Assembly (NCBI RefSeq): GCF_006345805.1
Contig: NC_043008.1
Span: 48,112,001 to 48,176,000 of the forward strand
Source: Octopus sinensis
Taxonomy: Eukaryota
Length of the DNA: 64,000 nucleotides
Direction: 5' to 3'
Each line of letters begins with the position of its first letter. Within the stretch, counting starts at the first letter, position 1. Under the pieces are notes generated by a model that saw only the letters and a program-made list of their open reading frames with translations, was not told the DNA's origin and did no database searches. Made by a program: the position numbers and the translations under genes. This document shows, in pieces, positions 26,706 to 39,744 of the stretch.

Positions 26706-27147
26706 AATAATAATAATGATAATAATAAAAGGCTGTGAAATGTTTCTATGAAATGTCAGAAATGGTAAGTTACTGAGCTAAATGCCTTACAGCTTGAGTT
26801 ATATTTTAATACGTTCTGAGTTCAAAACCTGCCGGTCGCAAATTTGCTTTCTATCTGTCCGTGGTCGTTAAAAGTAACGATCTATCGAGGATCGATATAA
26901 TTGACTATATCGATTCCTTACGCATTAAGGGGTTTGGTAAAGTTTGACATCTTCATTAATTTAGAAGAAGAGACAGAATAGCAAAATGACTAAAGACTGA
27001 ATCAAATGCTTTTATAAGATCAACTTGTGTATCTTTTTTGTGGTCTGACTCTTGATTAAATGTCGTGATTGACATTACTGTTCTTATTTCTGCTTGATTT
27101 GTCATTGCAGCCATCTTAAAAATTATTATTATTATTATTATTATTAT

Positions 27148-27179
<32 letters not shown>

Positions 27180-27549
27180 ATGTTGTTGTTCTTGTTGTTG
27201 CCGTTACCATCTATGATTATACAACAAAGAATTAGGCATACATTCGAAGACATTCGTATAAATATTCAGCGTGTTTTCAAAGAAAATGTAATAACATGTA
27301 AACACTTTGGTAAGAAAAACTCCGGTGGTTCCAATAATAACAAACCACTCGATACATTCACAGAGACAATTCTATGTTATTGTAATTGTTCCAATTATGT
27401 AGGAAATGATGAACGCGTTTCGACATCCAAGAATATTTGTATTTCAATATTTAAGTCAATTCCTAAGGTTCTTAGTTCTCTCTTGTCATATTGTTATCGA
27501 AAATTATGTCAATCATCTTGTTTGTACGCTGATTACTCTCATAAATACA

Positions 27550-27599
<50 letters not shown>

Positions 27600-27794
27600 T
27601 ACATATATATATATATATATATGAACCTATATACAGATGTATATATATATATATGTATTTATGTATAGATAGATAAATAGATAGACACATTAATACATAT
27701 CTATATACATACATATATAACATATATATATTTATATATAATATATTACATATAGATAGATTTATATATATAACCGCTCCTGTTTAGATTTATT

Positions 27795-27877
<83 letters not shown>

Positions 27878-28287
27878 TTTATTTTATTTTTTGTACTCTA
27901 AGCCATATTGTGTTGTGTTCATTTACTGTTAAGATTTCAAGGAAAAAGAAGCAAAGCTGAATTGCTAAATAGCTTCCTCATTTAAGAGAAAAATTTTGTT
28001 TATTTATCTGTTTGTGGTGTGAAAGGAAGCATATATTATCAAGATGGCTGTTGTTGTATTAGTGAGAAATGTTGCACATAATGGTGGTATCTGCTCGCCA
28101 TTTCTGTACAAGAGGCGGGGGAGGGAAGTAAATAGACAGAACACTGAGCATAATTATCCAAACAGCAGTAATATGGCCATTATTAACGGCAACTACAACA
28201 ATAACACCTGGTGAGAAGAATAAGGACATCATGAACAATAATGGCATCAAAATATTTACAGCCTGATGGAATAACAACAACAACAAC

Positions 28288-28346
<59 letters not shown>

Positions 28347-28749
28347 GAGTAGTAGTAGTAAGCGTAATGCTGTTATGGTTGATTTTTTTAGTTACAAGTG
28401 CTGCCTAAATGTGACACAGAAATAGATGCTGCTTGTTGTAAGGTTTGACACGGCGCTGCCTTAATGGCCGTCAAGAAGTCAGTGGTGGAACAGTCACGTG
28501 ACAACTGTAAGGCGGGAATATATTTCTAGTAACAGTAGCCACCCGACTTTTAACCATTGCAACCTGGCTCTTAATTTATTAACATTTTGAAGCATGTGGT
28601 TAATATTAACATAAAACGAATTTTCCAAACATTTAATGAAATGTTCATTTTTTACTTTCCTTCTGGAATTATTCTTAAGTTTCTGTTGACAGTAAATTGT
28701 TTGCTCTGGCTTTTGTGTCTCCTATGATTTATTTTGTATATATTTCCTT

Positions 28750-28971
28750 ACTACCCTCAAGGGGCTAAACACAGAGGGGACAAACAAGGACAGATAAATG
28801 GACTGAGTCGATTACATCGACCCCAGTGCGTAATTGGTACTTAATTTATCGACCCCGAAAGGATGAAAAGCAAAGTCGACCTCGGCGGAATTTGAACTCA
28901 GAACGTAACAGCAGGCGAAATACGGCTACGCATTTCGCCCGGCGTGCGAACGGCTCTGCCAGCTCGCCGCC
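28750..28971 (-). mobile_element. SINE family A, young subfamily
   Basis: Full head to tail; tail TGTCCTTGTTTGTCCCCTCT.TGTTTAGCCCCTTG shared with 54477-54690; flanked by the direct repeat TCTC(C/T)..TATGATTTATTTTGT (~28717-28738 and ~28972-28990), a candidate TSD. Confidence 0.9.
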
Positions 28972-29749
28972 TCTCTATGATTTATTTTGTCTAACATATT
29001 CATGAGCACTTTAACAGTTTATCTAATATTTCACTTAAGGAACCTTCCAGAATTATATTGAGGCTCATGGATTGGGAAATGCTGCTGTAAAAGTTATATG
29101 AAGACATCGAAGATAAATACAAGCATATTTCGATGAATTTCTTATGCAAACAGAAGACTGCGATAGCTGCCACGGATAGATTTTGGAAGACACAAAACGA
29201 GACATAAACTAAGTGAAGAAGTTAGATGTTTGGGAAGACATGATGGCGGAGCGTGATCCACTTGAAAAGGCTTTGGAATATACAACAAAGGGACATAACC
29301 CACGTGAAGCGGTTAAATTTCTAAAACATAAAGCGTCACAAACTATGTTAGAGTTTAAATTTTTGAAGATATATTAAAAGAGTATAGACTAGATGAAGGG
29401 GTTAGATTTTTGAATACATGATAAAAGAGCTTCAACTAAATAAAGAGGTCAGGCTTCGTTTGCCGTAATGAAAATATCTCTCTACAAGGAACATGAGATA
29501 ATCAGAAACGAATCTTTCATTTATTGTAGCCTTTATTTAAAAATCCAAGAAGCTGGTCAACATCAGCCTCGGTAAATTCGGACAATAATATAAAGTGAAC
29601 CCGTATTTTCTACATCACATACGTACGAGGAAGAGGAAATACGGGGGCGATACATTTGACACTGGTGGAGTAGAACTGAGAAGGTTTAGAGGTTTCCTTT
29701 GTATCCATAAAGATTACTTCAAGATATTCTATCCAAGCAAATAATGGAA

Positions 29750-30000
29750 GTGCTCCATGCTGGGGTTCTTCCATTAAGGCCACTTCCATTTTCCCAGTCT
29801 TCCTTATGTGGTCCTTGAAACGTTGAGGAGTCGATAGCATTGCTTTGATTCCTTCTTTATTTGTTGCTGAGGTGAGATTCCACATCAAATTAAAGTTATC
29901 CAGGGATTCTTTTAAAAAGCTTACATCCAATCCATTAGGAAATTTTAGGCAAGATGTTAAAAAACTGAATGCCTTTGAACTCTGCAATATCGAGCAGTGA
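29750..30000 (-). mobile_element. CR1/Jockey-group LINE 3' end fragment
   Basis: Minus strand FKGIQFFNILPK..GLDVSFLKESLDNF resembles the (G..LFN.LP....FK..LD) C-terminal motif; followed by CCCCAGCATGG. Confidence 0.6.
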
Positions 30001-32078
30001 TTCTAGATAAATGTGTGTGTATGTATGCATGTATGCATGTATGCATATGTGTGTATATGTTATGTTTGTGTAAATATATATAATATATATGAATATATAT
30101 ATGCATACATGTGTGTATATATACATGTATATATTCGTGTGTGTGTGTGTGTGTGTGTGCATGTGTGTGTGTGAGTGTGTGTGTGTGTGTATGTGTATGT
30201 ATACGTTGGTTAGTAAATATCTATTTTACCCTCTCCTCTTTGGTTACATTTAACAGAGTTTATGCTATTTCAAACATCCAAAGCAGGTTTCCAATGCCAC
30301 GATTCCTTTTTTTTTACCAACTGAGAATATTCAACACCGCAACAAATCAAACCCACAAAGACAGATCTTCTTCCAAGATTAATCGATGAGATCCAACATG
30401 ACTAAATAATTCATCCCAGAATAATATTTTCAATTGCTTCAATCCACTCCAAAGACATAAACAGATGTAGAGAAGAATAATTTATAGTGTTTTTCTAATG
30501 CTTCCTAACTTCTCGTGGAAAAGAAGCAAAAATGCTGTTGGAACCGGCAACTGTTTTGTCGGTTTGTATTATTTGTGTCAGTATGTGTACGTTGTAAAAC
30601 GATACTGATAGAAAAGAACATATATATATATGTGTGTGTACATACATACATACATACATACATACCGACATACATACACATGCATATACATATTCATATA
30701 TACCTACACATAAACACACACACACACGCGCATATATATGTAACATTGTAAAGAGATAAAGATGAAAAACAAAATTTATAAATTCTTTTTCATCTTTACC
30801 GTTTTTCTTTTATTTCTTCTTTTTCCTTCTCTTCGTTTTCAATGTCGTGTACAAACACATACACACACGTGTGTGTGTGTGTATTTGTGTATGTGTTTAT
30901 ATACACCATGGCAAAACGGTGAAGATGAAACGAACTCAATACATTGATATTCAATAATACAATAAAATTTATGTTAAGCAGAAACTTTACCAACTGTGTC
31001 TGTAAAGTTTTATGTTTTGCCAACTCCTAAGCAGCAAATGAAATTAAATCAAACGATTTTATGTTTATATGTGAAATGAAGACCATCGAATATGTCCGTT
31101 AACAATAGGGAAGTTTTCGATTTAGTTGTAGCAATAATGAACATGGCTGCCAACATTTCACCTGCTGCGTATTTTGAAACATTTCAACGAAAACTTCCGA
31201 TTTATGACAACAAACGCTTTGAATATTAGATACAGATTTGCAAAAGGCAATTTTAAATTTGTTTTCAGTGTGTAAAAGTTTGGGTCAAAGCTGTCTGGCG
31301 TTTCACCGTTAGTCATTTTCAGATATTTCAACTAATATTTGCATTTATGGTGAAACAAGATATTAGTCTAAACGGTGTTTCCAGTACAATCCCTAGGGAA
31401 ACCTATTCATTTTTCTTTAATACAAAGACAACAACCATGGATACCCTGATCATAATGTTTACCTAAGATAATGTCTAAAATTTAACACTAAATAATTTTG
31501 AATCAACAGTAATGTTTATGTCTTTCAATAACAAAGAAACCTTTTCAGGCTCTATCTGTTGGGTATTCATAATCCCGATATAAATGAACCCCTTGCTACA
31601 ATGTAAATTAATAAACATATTTTGCGATAAACATATGAGACTCGATAAATTCATAGATCTCCGCACAGACCGGACTCCCCTTCACTACATAAAAACAATT
31701 CGTATCATTCTTCTTTACTTATTGATCGGTATCGAAAGGAAGTAATAATCGGCTTGCACGCATGAATATTTTTATATCAGAATCAATAATTGAAATATTT
31801 CTTGTCGAAAACTAATGTGTTTTGGAGCAAATATTTAGTTATCGAAGGATAAAGTTCAATGATATTCATCTGGATAAATTTATAAAGATGTTTATTTCAA
31901 AAACTAATGAAACAATTGATACGGTAAATACAGTCATTCTATAAAAGCAAATTGGTTGTTTGTTTCAGTCTAAGACTAATGGACTCGCAGATGCTCTTAT
32001 TTGTCTATAGACGTATGTCGTATATATACATGTATGTATATATATATAAATAATATATATATACATATATGTGTTCGA

Positions 32079-32132
<54 letters not shown>

Positions 32133-32563
32133 CATATATATGTATGTATATGTGTATTTATGTGTATATATATATGTGTGTGTGTGTGGGTGTGTGTGTG
32201 CGAGCGAGCGTGTGTGTGTGTAATGAAGGAAAAACAAAGAGAAATAACTTAAAGGAATCAATGCATGAAATTTTGGTAATGAAGTTTAGTGGTGCCGTAT
32301 GGAAATCCGTACACAACAAATTCGTAATTTCCAGAAATTTTCCAATGATTTGCAGAGACAAAATAAACATCTAACAGAATCTCAAGTAAAAGGGGAGATA
32401 ATTTCAAGAATTTTAGAATAAATATTCCAGCTAACTTCTATACTAAGGAAAGGACAGTCAAATTTCAGATTGCACACAATGAACAACTCTGGATAAATGT
32501 TTTAATACGTTTGACCTCGTCGATGTATTCTACATTTGTCTGGAGATCGGAACACACACATAT

Positions 32564-32606
<43 letters not shown>

Positions 32607-32608
<2 letters not shown>

Positions 32609-32780
32609 GGATAATTCAAAAATACAAAAGACGAAGACAGGTGGTGTAGACAATAAACAGATGTATTAGTTTAACGCTCGGGAAGCGAAAAAGTCTTTAA
32701 CGTTTCGTGCCTACGTTCTTCCACAGAAGGGAACACTGAAAGAAATAGGAGAGAAAATAAGGAACGTGTAATGGCTAGCG
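32607..32780 (-). mobile_element. Short PLE-like repeat with variant hammerhead motif
   Basis: Minus strand CTGTGGAAGAACGTAGGCACGAAACGTTAAAGACT; homologous to the 34.2 and 34.9 kb copies; abuts (TA)n. Confidence 0.7.
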
Positions 32781-32806
32781 GTGTGTGTGTGTGTGTGTGT
32801 GTGTGT

Positions 32807-32945
32807 ATACGATGGGCTTCTTTCAATTTCCGTCTACCAGACCCAGTCACAAGGCTTTGGGCGGTGCAGTGCTAAAGAAGACACTTGCCCAGGGTGTCAC
32901 ATAGTGGGACTGAACCCGGAACCATGTGGTTGGGAAGCAAGCTTT
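32807..32945 (-). mobile_element. SINE family B (5' part)
   Basis: GAAGACACTTGCCCA..AGTGGGACTGAACCCGGAACCATGTGGTTGGGAAGCAAGCTT. Confidence 0.85.
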
Positions 32946-33587
32946 TTTATTTCATTAAATTGGCTATGAAAGCTGTACACAGATGGAGAAGCTACGGGCT
33001 GGACAGAGACATTAATGAGATGAGATGAATGATGGACAGGATGGTATTAATGAGAGAAGACAAACGACGCCCGCCGCCGATCTTTGCTTCTCTAAAACAT
33101 TGTTCTTTCGTGAACTTACAATTTGGGGCAAGAAACCTCTTACCAATATTTCTTTAGGACTCAAGGTCCTTACACTGAGACACTAAACCCCTTACCTCAA
33201 ATGACACCATGTCCTTGAAATGAGGCACTTGACCCTTACAAATTTTTTCTTCTGGGCCATATGCCCTTACAATATGAGGCACTCATCCTCTTACTTTCAC
33301 AATTTTCTGCCCCCGCCGGCACCCGACCCGGCACGAAGTGTCACTCAGGCCCTCCGATAGAAGGCACTAGATAAAAGCAAGCTTCGTACCCCACAACCAC
33401 GCTTGCGCCTATATATGTGTGTGTGTATGTGCTTATAATTTATTTATGCCTATCCGTATATACAATCATGTATATGTGTGCATATGTCTATACACATATA
33501 TGTATATATATGTATAGACATATTTGTTTTCTTCTGACGTATGTATGTATGTATGTATGTATGTATGTATTCTTTCGCAGGAAGGAT

Positions 33588-33661
33588 TAGTTCGACGAGA
33601 CGTGTTCTGTCCTCACCTTCGAAACACGCTGGAGTTGAACTAGGGACAGCTGATGAAGGGG
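33588..33661 (+). ncRNA. Candidate rearranged (non-circularly permuted) hammerhead ribozyme
   Basis: CGTGT-T-CTGTCC (33601-12), CCTTC-GAAA-CACG (33616-28), GGACAG-CTGATGA-AGGGG (33644-61). Stems III and I pair perfectly in register with the core; stem II is weak. Confidence 0.55.
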
Positions 33662-33984
33662 ATTTTTCCTTGTGTAGTTGTCTTGTAATCGTTGTTAAAA
33701 AATGGTCCGTTCCATGCTGTTTTTACGTTTTCGTTTCTCGTTGAGTTCTACGTCTATTTGTGGTGTCCTGTACATACGTATATATATTTATATATGCATG
33801 TATATATACATGTAGATGTAGGTACGTACATATATGTTTGTATCTATGCATATATTTTATTTATTACACTATTGTATGACTGAGCGCCTTCGCGTCGATT
33901 CGATTCGATTCGTTTGGTTTCGTTTCGTTTCTTCTTCATCTCTAAGCTGTTTTTTTATATATAAATATATATATATATAACAAA

Positions 33985-34056
33985 ACAGGAAGTTGGAAAA
34001 TTTTTGGTATTATTTGTGATGAATAAATAATATCCCAAAATTATCCAACTTCCTGT
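33985..34056. repeat. 72 nt imperfect hairpin within (TA)n
   Basis: ACAGGAAGTTGGA..TATTATTT / AAATAATA..TCCAACTTCCTGT; ~31 bp stem. Confidence 0.85.
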
Positions 34057-34184
34057 ATATATATATGCATGTACTCTCTTACACACGCGCGCACCTTCGT
34101 TTTGGAACCACTAGTACTTTGTTATCTCCCCTACTTCTTCGCTCTCCTGTATGACCCTTCTATCCGGCATTCGCCATGATAGAT

Positions 34185-34372
34185 CGGTAGCCACTACACA
34201 CATTTTTTCTCTCTCCTTGTTTCTCTGCTTCTTTCTTCTGTGTTCCTTTCTGTGGAAGAACGTAGGCTCGAAACGTTTAAGACTTTTTCAATTTCCGAGC
34301 GTTATACTAATACTCTCTGTTTGATTTCCACACCATCTGTCTTCGTCATTTGTTTTTTTTCGTGAATTCTCC

Positions 34373-34376
<4 letters not shown>
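34185..34376 (+). mobile_element. Short PLE-like repeat with variant hammerhead motif
   Basis: CTTTCTGTGGAAGAACGTAGGCTCGAAACGTTTAAGACT; followed by (TA)n. Confidence 0.7.
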
Positions 34377-34416
<40 letters not shown>

Positions 34417-34861
34417 ATATATATATATATAATATATATATACATACTTTTATATGCACGCATACACATAACGTACTTACATATACATGCGTGTGTGTGT
34501 GTATCTGTGTGTGCATGTGTGAATATATATATGTTTACACATTTACGCCCCGCCTATATGTGTGTTTGTGTGTGTTTGTGTGTGTATGCGTTTGTATCTG
34601 TGTGTTGCATGTGTGCGTTTGATTACCTTATTCATTTTTACACACTATCTATCTACGTATGTACAAACTTACACATGTGGGCGCTTGTGTGCATGAAAAT
34701 ATATATTATATATTTATATTATATATTATATATATTATATATATATATATATATTATATATTATATATATATGTGTGTGATATATATATAATATATATAT
34801 AATTATATAATATATATATATATATACTATATATATATATATATATATCATGTTGATTCGT

Positions 34862-35050
34862 TAGCTACTGCACGCATTTTTTTCTCTCCTTCTTTCTGTG
34901 TTTTTCTCTCTGTGTGTATCTTTCTGTTGAAGAGCGTAGGCTCGAAACGTTAAAGACTTATTTATATTTCCTGAGCGCCATACTAATACAATTGTTCGTT
35001 TGTTTTCCACCTGCCTTCGTCTTTTGTTTATTTTCATAAAGCTTCCCGTT
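34862..35050 (+). mobile_element. Short PLE-like repeat with variant hammerhead motif
   Basis: TCTTT-CTGTTGA-A-GAGC-GTAG-GCTC-GAAACGTT-AAAGA; (TA)n on both sides. Confidence 0.72.
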
Positions 35051-35071
35051 ATATATATATATATATTATAT

Positions 35072-35131
<60 letters not shown>

Positions 35132-35715
35132 TATGCATGTATATGATGTATGTGTTGATATATGTTGTTTTGTTGCATTGAAGAGCAATGTCAGCCATAA
35201 AGTAAGGAAATCACCATTGATGAACGGCTGCAAATGATGAATGTCTGTAAAAAGGTGGGACGGTGCCTACGTTTGTTTCTCTCTCATGTAAGGTCTTCGA
35301 GCAATGCGAAAACATTATTAATCACACATCCATACATATATGTGTGTATGCATACACACACACACACACAAACACATTCCGATATATTTTCATAAATATA
35401 TTTACATGTGTATGTATGCATGTATGTATGATGTATGTATGTATGTATGTATGTATGTATGTATGTATGTATGTATGTATGTATGTATGCGTGTATGTAT
35501 GTATGTGTGTGTGTGTATCTATGTATGTATGTGTATATGTATTAGCTGTCGGTGTTTATATACTGCAATAAATCCTTGAAAGGTAACAGAGAAAAACTGT
35601 TGCTCAGAATCATACGTAACAAAATTCAAAGACTTGTATTTTGGAAATATGTGTCGTAGACACTTCTTGTTTTTTTGTTATGATTCCTCAGTTAGTAAAT
35701 AAATGCAATTGTATT

Positions 35716-35749
<34 letters not shown>

Positions 35750-36399
35750 TGTGTGTGTGTGCGTGCGCGCATGTGCGTGAGTGCGTGTGTGTGCGTGAGG
35801 ATTTGAACTTAATAAGTTTACATGAAATATACTTCCAAGAATTAAGAACCAAACATGGTAAACGAAAAATTATGCTGTACGAAATAATGTGAGGAATTAA
35901 TTACCCTAGAAAAATTGATACGTAGAGCTTTGACAAATATTCGGTGAAATTTTTATTGCTTTCCTTTTTTTATCTTTTTCAGAGAAAGATTGCCTTTTGG
36001 GTTGGCTTTAAAACTGTTTTAAATCAGTTTTTAAGGACTTGGATTAGTTATCTTAAATTTTAAAATCTTACAAAATAAAACACAATATGACTAATTAATA
36101 TACCGTCATTAAAAACTGAACGATTGTTATTGAAACTCTGGCAGGTAAGGAATATAGTGTCTGATAGATTTATTTTAGAACAACTCTATAAAAAAACCGA
36201 TTCAAGGACACCTCTAAAGGTACACTTTTAGTAAACCTCTATAAGTACACCTCGGCCGAACACTATTGTCTTCATCTAGGATTTGAAGAACAAAAATAAA
36301 CAATTTTATGACATATGGCTCGTCATTCCTTGAACTAAATCCTACACTGGGAGAAAAATATGAAATCTATATCTTGGAAAAATTTATGAACTCCTCTCT

Positions 36400-37770
36400 G
36401 CCTACCTGAATAAAGATTTGCTGGTTGACAAATATTGGGTGAGAGGGGGATGTTTTTATCAATGTTGTTGATAATATTTGGGGGTTTGTTAGATAGACTG
36501 TGCATATGGTTTATAGTTTGGTTCAGTTGATGACGTGGATAATATACAATGATTTTGGTCTTTAGTTATCGAAATTCATATCGATTCAATAACAGAGTTA
36601 ATTTCTTCTTCATTTCATTTATTTATCGATAATTAAGGCATGTTAAAAGAATGGTTGTCGCTCGTGCTAACATCAAAAAATATTCTCATTTATATCAGGC
36701 AAAGAAGTTCTACGCGTCATTGAGTGATTGAGGAGTAGTATTCTTAGATGTCAAATTGTAAGGGTTTGCATTAGTTTCAGTTAGAAATGTGTTTGAATCA
36801 TTCCATCGTGGTATGTAGTCGTACTACAAGAGATAAGGGGGGCCTACAAGAGATGAGGGGGGACTTACAAGAGGTAAGGGGGGACCTACAAGAGCTAGAA
36901 AAGAACCTACAAGAGATAAGGGGGGACATACAAGAGATAGGGGGGATCTACAAGAGATAAGGGGGACCTACAAGAGATAAGGGTGACATACAAGAGATAA
37001 GGGGACCTACAAGAGATAAGGGGGCCTACAAGAGATAAAGGGATCTACAAGAGATAAGGGGGGATCTACAAGAGACAAGGGGTATCTACAAGAGATAAGG
37101 GGGACATACAAGAGATAAAGGGACCTACAAGAGATAAGGGGGCCTACAAGAGATAAGGGGGATAATAGTTTGATTATAGAAATTATTTTAACCAGTATAT
37201 CTTAACTAATTTTATGAAAGTCAGTTTTAGTAGGGTTAATGAGACGAACGGATGGTTTCTGTTGGAAATAATTTTTGTGGTCTTTCAATGTAATATACGG
37301 ACTCCATGGGAAAGGGCTTCTGTTCTGTTCAATTTGGAAGTAATTTTCTGTCCTTTTAGAGTAATTTCATTCATTTTGTGCTTTCATATATTTATAAGTG
37401 ATATAATTAAAAATATGGCGTTGATAGATATTGCAGGCGATTTAATATAAATTTTTGTCTTGTCAAATTGACTAACGTGTCGATGAAATTTTTTTTATTG
37501 CTGTGTAGACTGTTGTTCACCTTCAGCTAAATCGATTGTTCATTAACCAGAATTTTATATTCTTAATTAGGAGAATTAGTTCTTCTTCGAGATGTTGTAG
37601 TAATATACTGCTAAGCGGACATTGCTTGGACATTTTAATAACAAATTTAGGATTGTAATTTGCATCAGTATCATGAACTTATGATGGTCATCAAAAGAAG
37701 TTTGCGGTCGACCAAGACCTTCGCATCAAGTTGTCTGTTTTCTGTATTATTAATCTTTTATAATTCCTTT
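36400..37770 (-). mobile_element. Decayed Penelope-like element RT region, interrupted by a minisatellite
   Basis: Minus strand ~37210-37300 reads PYITLKDHKNYFQQKPSVRLINPTKTDFHKIS, a PLE RT motif (ITLKDHK.NF...P..RLINP.K); outer limits approximate. Confidence 0.65.
36824..37161. repeat. Minisatellite, 17 x ~19-21 bp (CTACAAGAGATAAGGGGGGAC)
   Basis: 17 TACAAGAG anchors counted; the G-run length varies between units. Confidence 0.95.
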
Positions 37771-38014
37771 AAGGTGTAAGAATATTTTCGCCGACGTGTC
37801 AGCTGCTTGCTTGTGGTATAACTCGATTAAAACAGTCAACAGTAAGAACAATTATAGAATTCTTAGTTTTAACTTTTACAGAGTCCACCTGCAGAAACTG
37901 AAGAAGAAAAAATGCTCAACGTTGACAAAAGGAATAAATTATATATTTTCGTATAAATGGTCAGAGGCTACGAGCGTGCATTTCAGACTCTTAAATAGAG
38001 GATAAGTATGTATG

Positions 38015-38048
<34 letters not shown>

Positions 38049-38686
38049 TGTATGTATGTATGTATGTATGTATGTATGTATGTGCATGTGTATATGTATG
38101 TATGCATGTGTGTATGTGCATGTGTATGTATATATGTGTGTATGTATGTACACAGAATGTAGTGAGGTCACAGAATCTGAAGAGTATCGGAATACCTCGT
38201 CATATTCCTTCCAATTACTTTTTATCTTCTGACCTCAAATCTCGCCGAAGCCAACTTTGCTGTTCGGCGTCGATTAAACAGAAGACCAATCTGGTACTGA
38301 GGTCGATGAAATCAATTTAGCCACTCGAAACTACTGGCATTGTGCCTGGATCAGAAACAGGTATTCTTATATTGCGTGTGTGTGTATTAAGGCTGCCATT
38401 GGTTTCATATTTTAAAAAAATCTTAATATCTCAACAATTTGTGAAGCCAGTCTCATGGAGAAATGGTGTTCGTCTCCAGTTTGGATGTTGGAGACGAATA
38501 CCATTCTTCTATACGGTCGGCTTGAAAAATTGTTAAGATATTAAGATATTTTTCTTAATATGAAACCAATGGTAGCCTTAATGCATACGCACACGCACGC
38601 ACTCACTCATATAAACAATATATACACATACATATATACATAGATAGATAGATAGATAGATTGATAGATAGATAGATAGATAGATG

Positions 38687-38791
<105 letters not shown>

Positions 38792-39047
38792 TATATTGTT
38801 CCGTCATCAACGAAAACGTACTCTGGTGAGAGATAATTAGTTATTAAACGCAATATATGTTCTTATGTGTTACTATTAGCTTCATATACGGAGAGCATAG
38901 CAGACAGTATTTTTAATACATCTGGTGTCTTAACACAATCATCAGGCACTACCCACATGACATAACGAGCTAAAAATGGGACAGAAAAGGCTAGGAAGAA
39001 CATATATATAAAAGATTCAAGGTTGAAAAGCCGGAAACTAATAGTAC

Positions 39048-39130
<83 letters not shown>

Positions 39131-39149
39131 ACATATTGTGCTTATTAAA

Positions 39150-39342
39150 TAATATATTGGTAGTAGAGACGATGTGAGAGAGTTAAATAGGGGGAAATAG
39201 TAGAGTTACCTCTAGTTCACTCTCTCACATCGTCTCTGATGAAGGGGATATCCCTAATATCCTAGAAACACTGTAGAACTAGCTTTCTGTTTATAAATGT
39301 TCTATAAATTCCACAAAGCCTTGGTTTTGTGGTCTCATTTTA

Positions 39343-39345
<3 letters not shown>
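39150..39345 (+). mobile_element. PLE-like remnant with 19 bp inverted repeat and degenerate hammerhead motif
   Basis: 39165-39183 is the exact reverse complement of 39219-39237; CTGATGA (39236-42)..GGATAT/ATATCC..GAAACACTGTA; (TA)n flanks. Confidence 0.6.
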
Positions 39346-39435
<90 letters not shown>

Positions 39436-39594
39436 ATATACCTATATAATTGACAGTATAGAAGAATAAGGTGGTCAGAAGCAAGAATCTGAGAGTGGAT
39501 GCAACGTTCATTTGGATCATAAAGAAACTTTGATGCGTAGAATCTTATCCATTAAACTTCAGAGATTCGTTCTTGAGAAAATCTGTCGGCTACA

Positions 39595-39645
<51 letters not shown>

Positions 39646-39702
39646 GGTGGTGGTTGTGCGTGTGTGTGTGTGTGTGTGTGGGAGGCGTGTGTGTGTATGT
39701 GT

Positions 39703-39744
<42 letters not shown>

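Noticed and set aside
29040-29400. Gag-like coding remnant
   Set aside because: Coding-like composition but no diagnostic motif or LTRs that I can identify.
35983-36144. Possible exon (TTTTCAG...CAG|GTAAGG)
   Set aside because: No credible reading frame; a non-coding exon cannot be supported without RNA data.
36824-37161. CRISPR array or telomeric repeat
   Set aside because: Head-to-tail units with no unique spacers; not TTAGGG.
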